Shown here: one piece after another, positions 63,754 to 64,000 of the stretch
Position numbering within the stretch: position 1 is the first letter of the stretch
Layout: each line of letters opens with the position of its first letter
IMG/VR virus record: IMGVR_UViG_3300023697_000634
Reading direction: 5' to 3' (one strand)
From: a virus
Lineage: Duplodnaviria; Heunggongvirae; Uroviricota; Caudoviricetes
Length of the DNA stretch: 64,000 bases
Notes under the pieces: model-generated
Seen by the model: only the letters and a program-made list of their open reading frames with translations
Told to the model about the DNA's origin: nothing
Databases searched by the model: none
Program-made: the position numbers and the translations under genes

Positions 63754-64000
63754 GAACAAAGGACGCTGGCGCAGTCTTCCTGTTTGAAGGCGACAGCGCT
63801 CTGTGGCTCACACGCCTGAAATATAGTGATAGCGGAATCCGTGGATATGTCATCAACGGCAATTGGTATTTCGAATATGATGGCACGCACATAAATTCGT
63901 GCAGATCCTCTAGCAGAATGGTCGACGATCCGACACAATGGGGTGGATGGAACTGGAAGCAAACGATCCATTGGAATGATCCTGTATCGGTTGTAGAGAG
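63750..64000 (+). CDS. hypothetical protein (3' partial at window edge)
   Basis: ATGA overlap. The ORF runs off the end of the window. Confidence 0.25.
   Translation, partial: MRTKDAGAVFLFEGDSALWLTRLKYSDSGIRGYVINGNWYFEYDGTHINSCRSSSRMVDDPTQWGGWNWKQTIHWNDPVSVVE

Noticed and set aside
1-64000. CRISPR array or large direct or inverted repeats
   Set aside because: No spacer-repeat periodicity and no long nucleotide repeats were seen. The only strong periodicity is the in-frame protein repeat at 11858-12420.

Overview
This window looks like a continuous stretch of a large virulent dsDNA phage genome, not a bacterial chromosome. About 140 short genes are tightly packed, often with ATGA/TAATG start-stop overlaps, and almost all lie on the + strand. 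A three-gene island sits on the - strand at 39.3-42.4 kb, and a lone - strand gene at 22.9-23.3 kb. I found no tRNA, rRNA or CRISPR array.

Functional blocks, in order:
1. A lysis cassette at 0.7-3.5 kb: i-spanin candidate, o-spanin lipoprotein candidate, a GH19 (chitinase-fold) endolysin and holin candidates.
2. A T4-like DNA replication and nucleotide-metabolism set: gp61-like zinc-ribbon/TOPRIM primase, ThyX, class I RNR NrdA and NrdB, thioredoxin, a T4-RNaseH/FEN-like 5'-3' exonuclease, PhoH, a RecB-fold nuclease, ATP-dependent DNA ligase and a HAD deoxyribonucleotidase-like enzyme.
3. A tail-fibre gene with a C-terminal S74 intramolecular-chaperone domain (7913-9046), placed between the thioredoxin and nrdB genes.
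4. A 2.3 kb secreted protein (10777-13092) with about 11 tandem 20-aa Cys-containing repeats.
5. A cytidylyltransferase plus GT-B glycosyltransferase pair (15575-16965).
6. An NAD+ salvage island at 28.7-34.5 kb: NadM-Nudix (NatV-like) and Nampt (NadV-like) bracket a zinc ribbon, an RlmN/Cfr-like radical SAM enzyme, an ATP-grasp protein, a Macro domain and a nucleoside 2-deoxyribosyltransferase-like protein.
7. An RNA end-healing and sealing module at 35.2-39.4 kb: two RNA ligases (Rnl5/DRB0094-like and T4 Rnl1-like), a metallophosphoesterase, a Pnk-like P-loop kinase and a small TOPRIM protein. Distal tRNA-related genes are a PolyA_pol/CCA-family nucleotidyltransferase (46303-47259) and a PTH2-like peptidyl-tRNA hydrolase (60629-60931).
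8. A - strand island at 39.3-42.4 kb: a secreted S11 DD-carboxypeptidase (catalytic domain only), a GIY-YIG homing endonuclease and a 554-aa coiled-coil plus beta-rich protein.
9. An envelope-directed gene cluster at 43.0-46.1 kb: lipoproteins, an SPFH/band-7 lipoprotein, a PspA-like membrane coiled-coil protein, a Gly/His-rich secreted peptide and a TAXI-type periplasmic solute-binding protein.
10. A DUF2493/SLOG protein (53190-53705) and many small hypothetical genes.

Regulatory features: a repeated extended -10 promoter motif TGT(T/G)GTATAAT at three sites, and several Rho-independent terminator hairpins.

All calls rest on motif and architecture recognition by eye. I ran no database searches.
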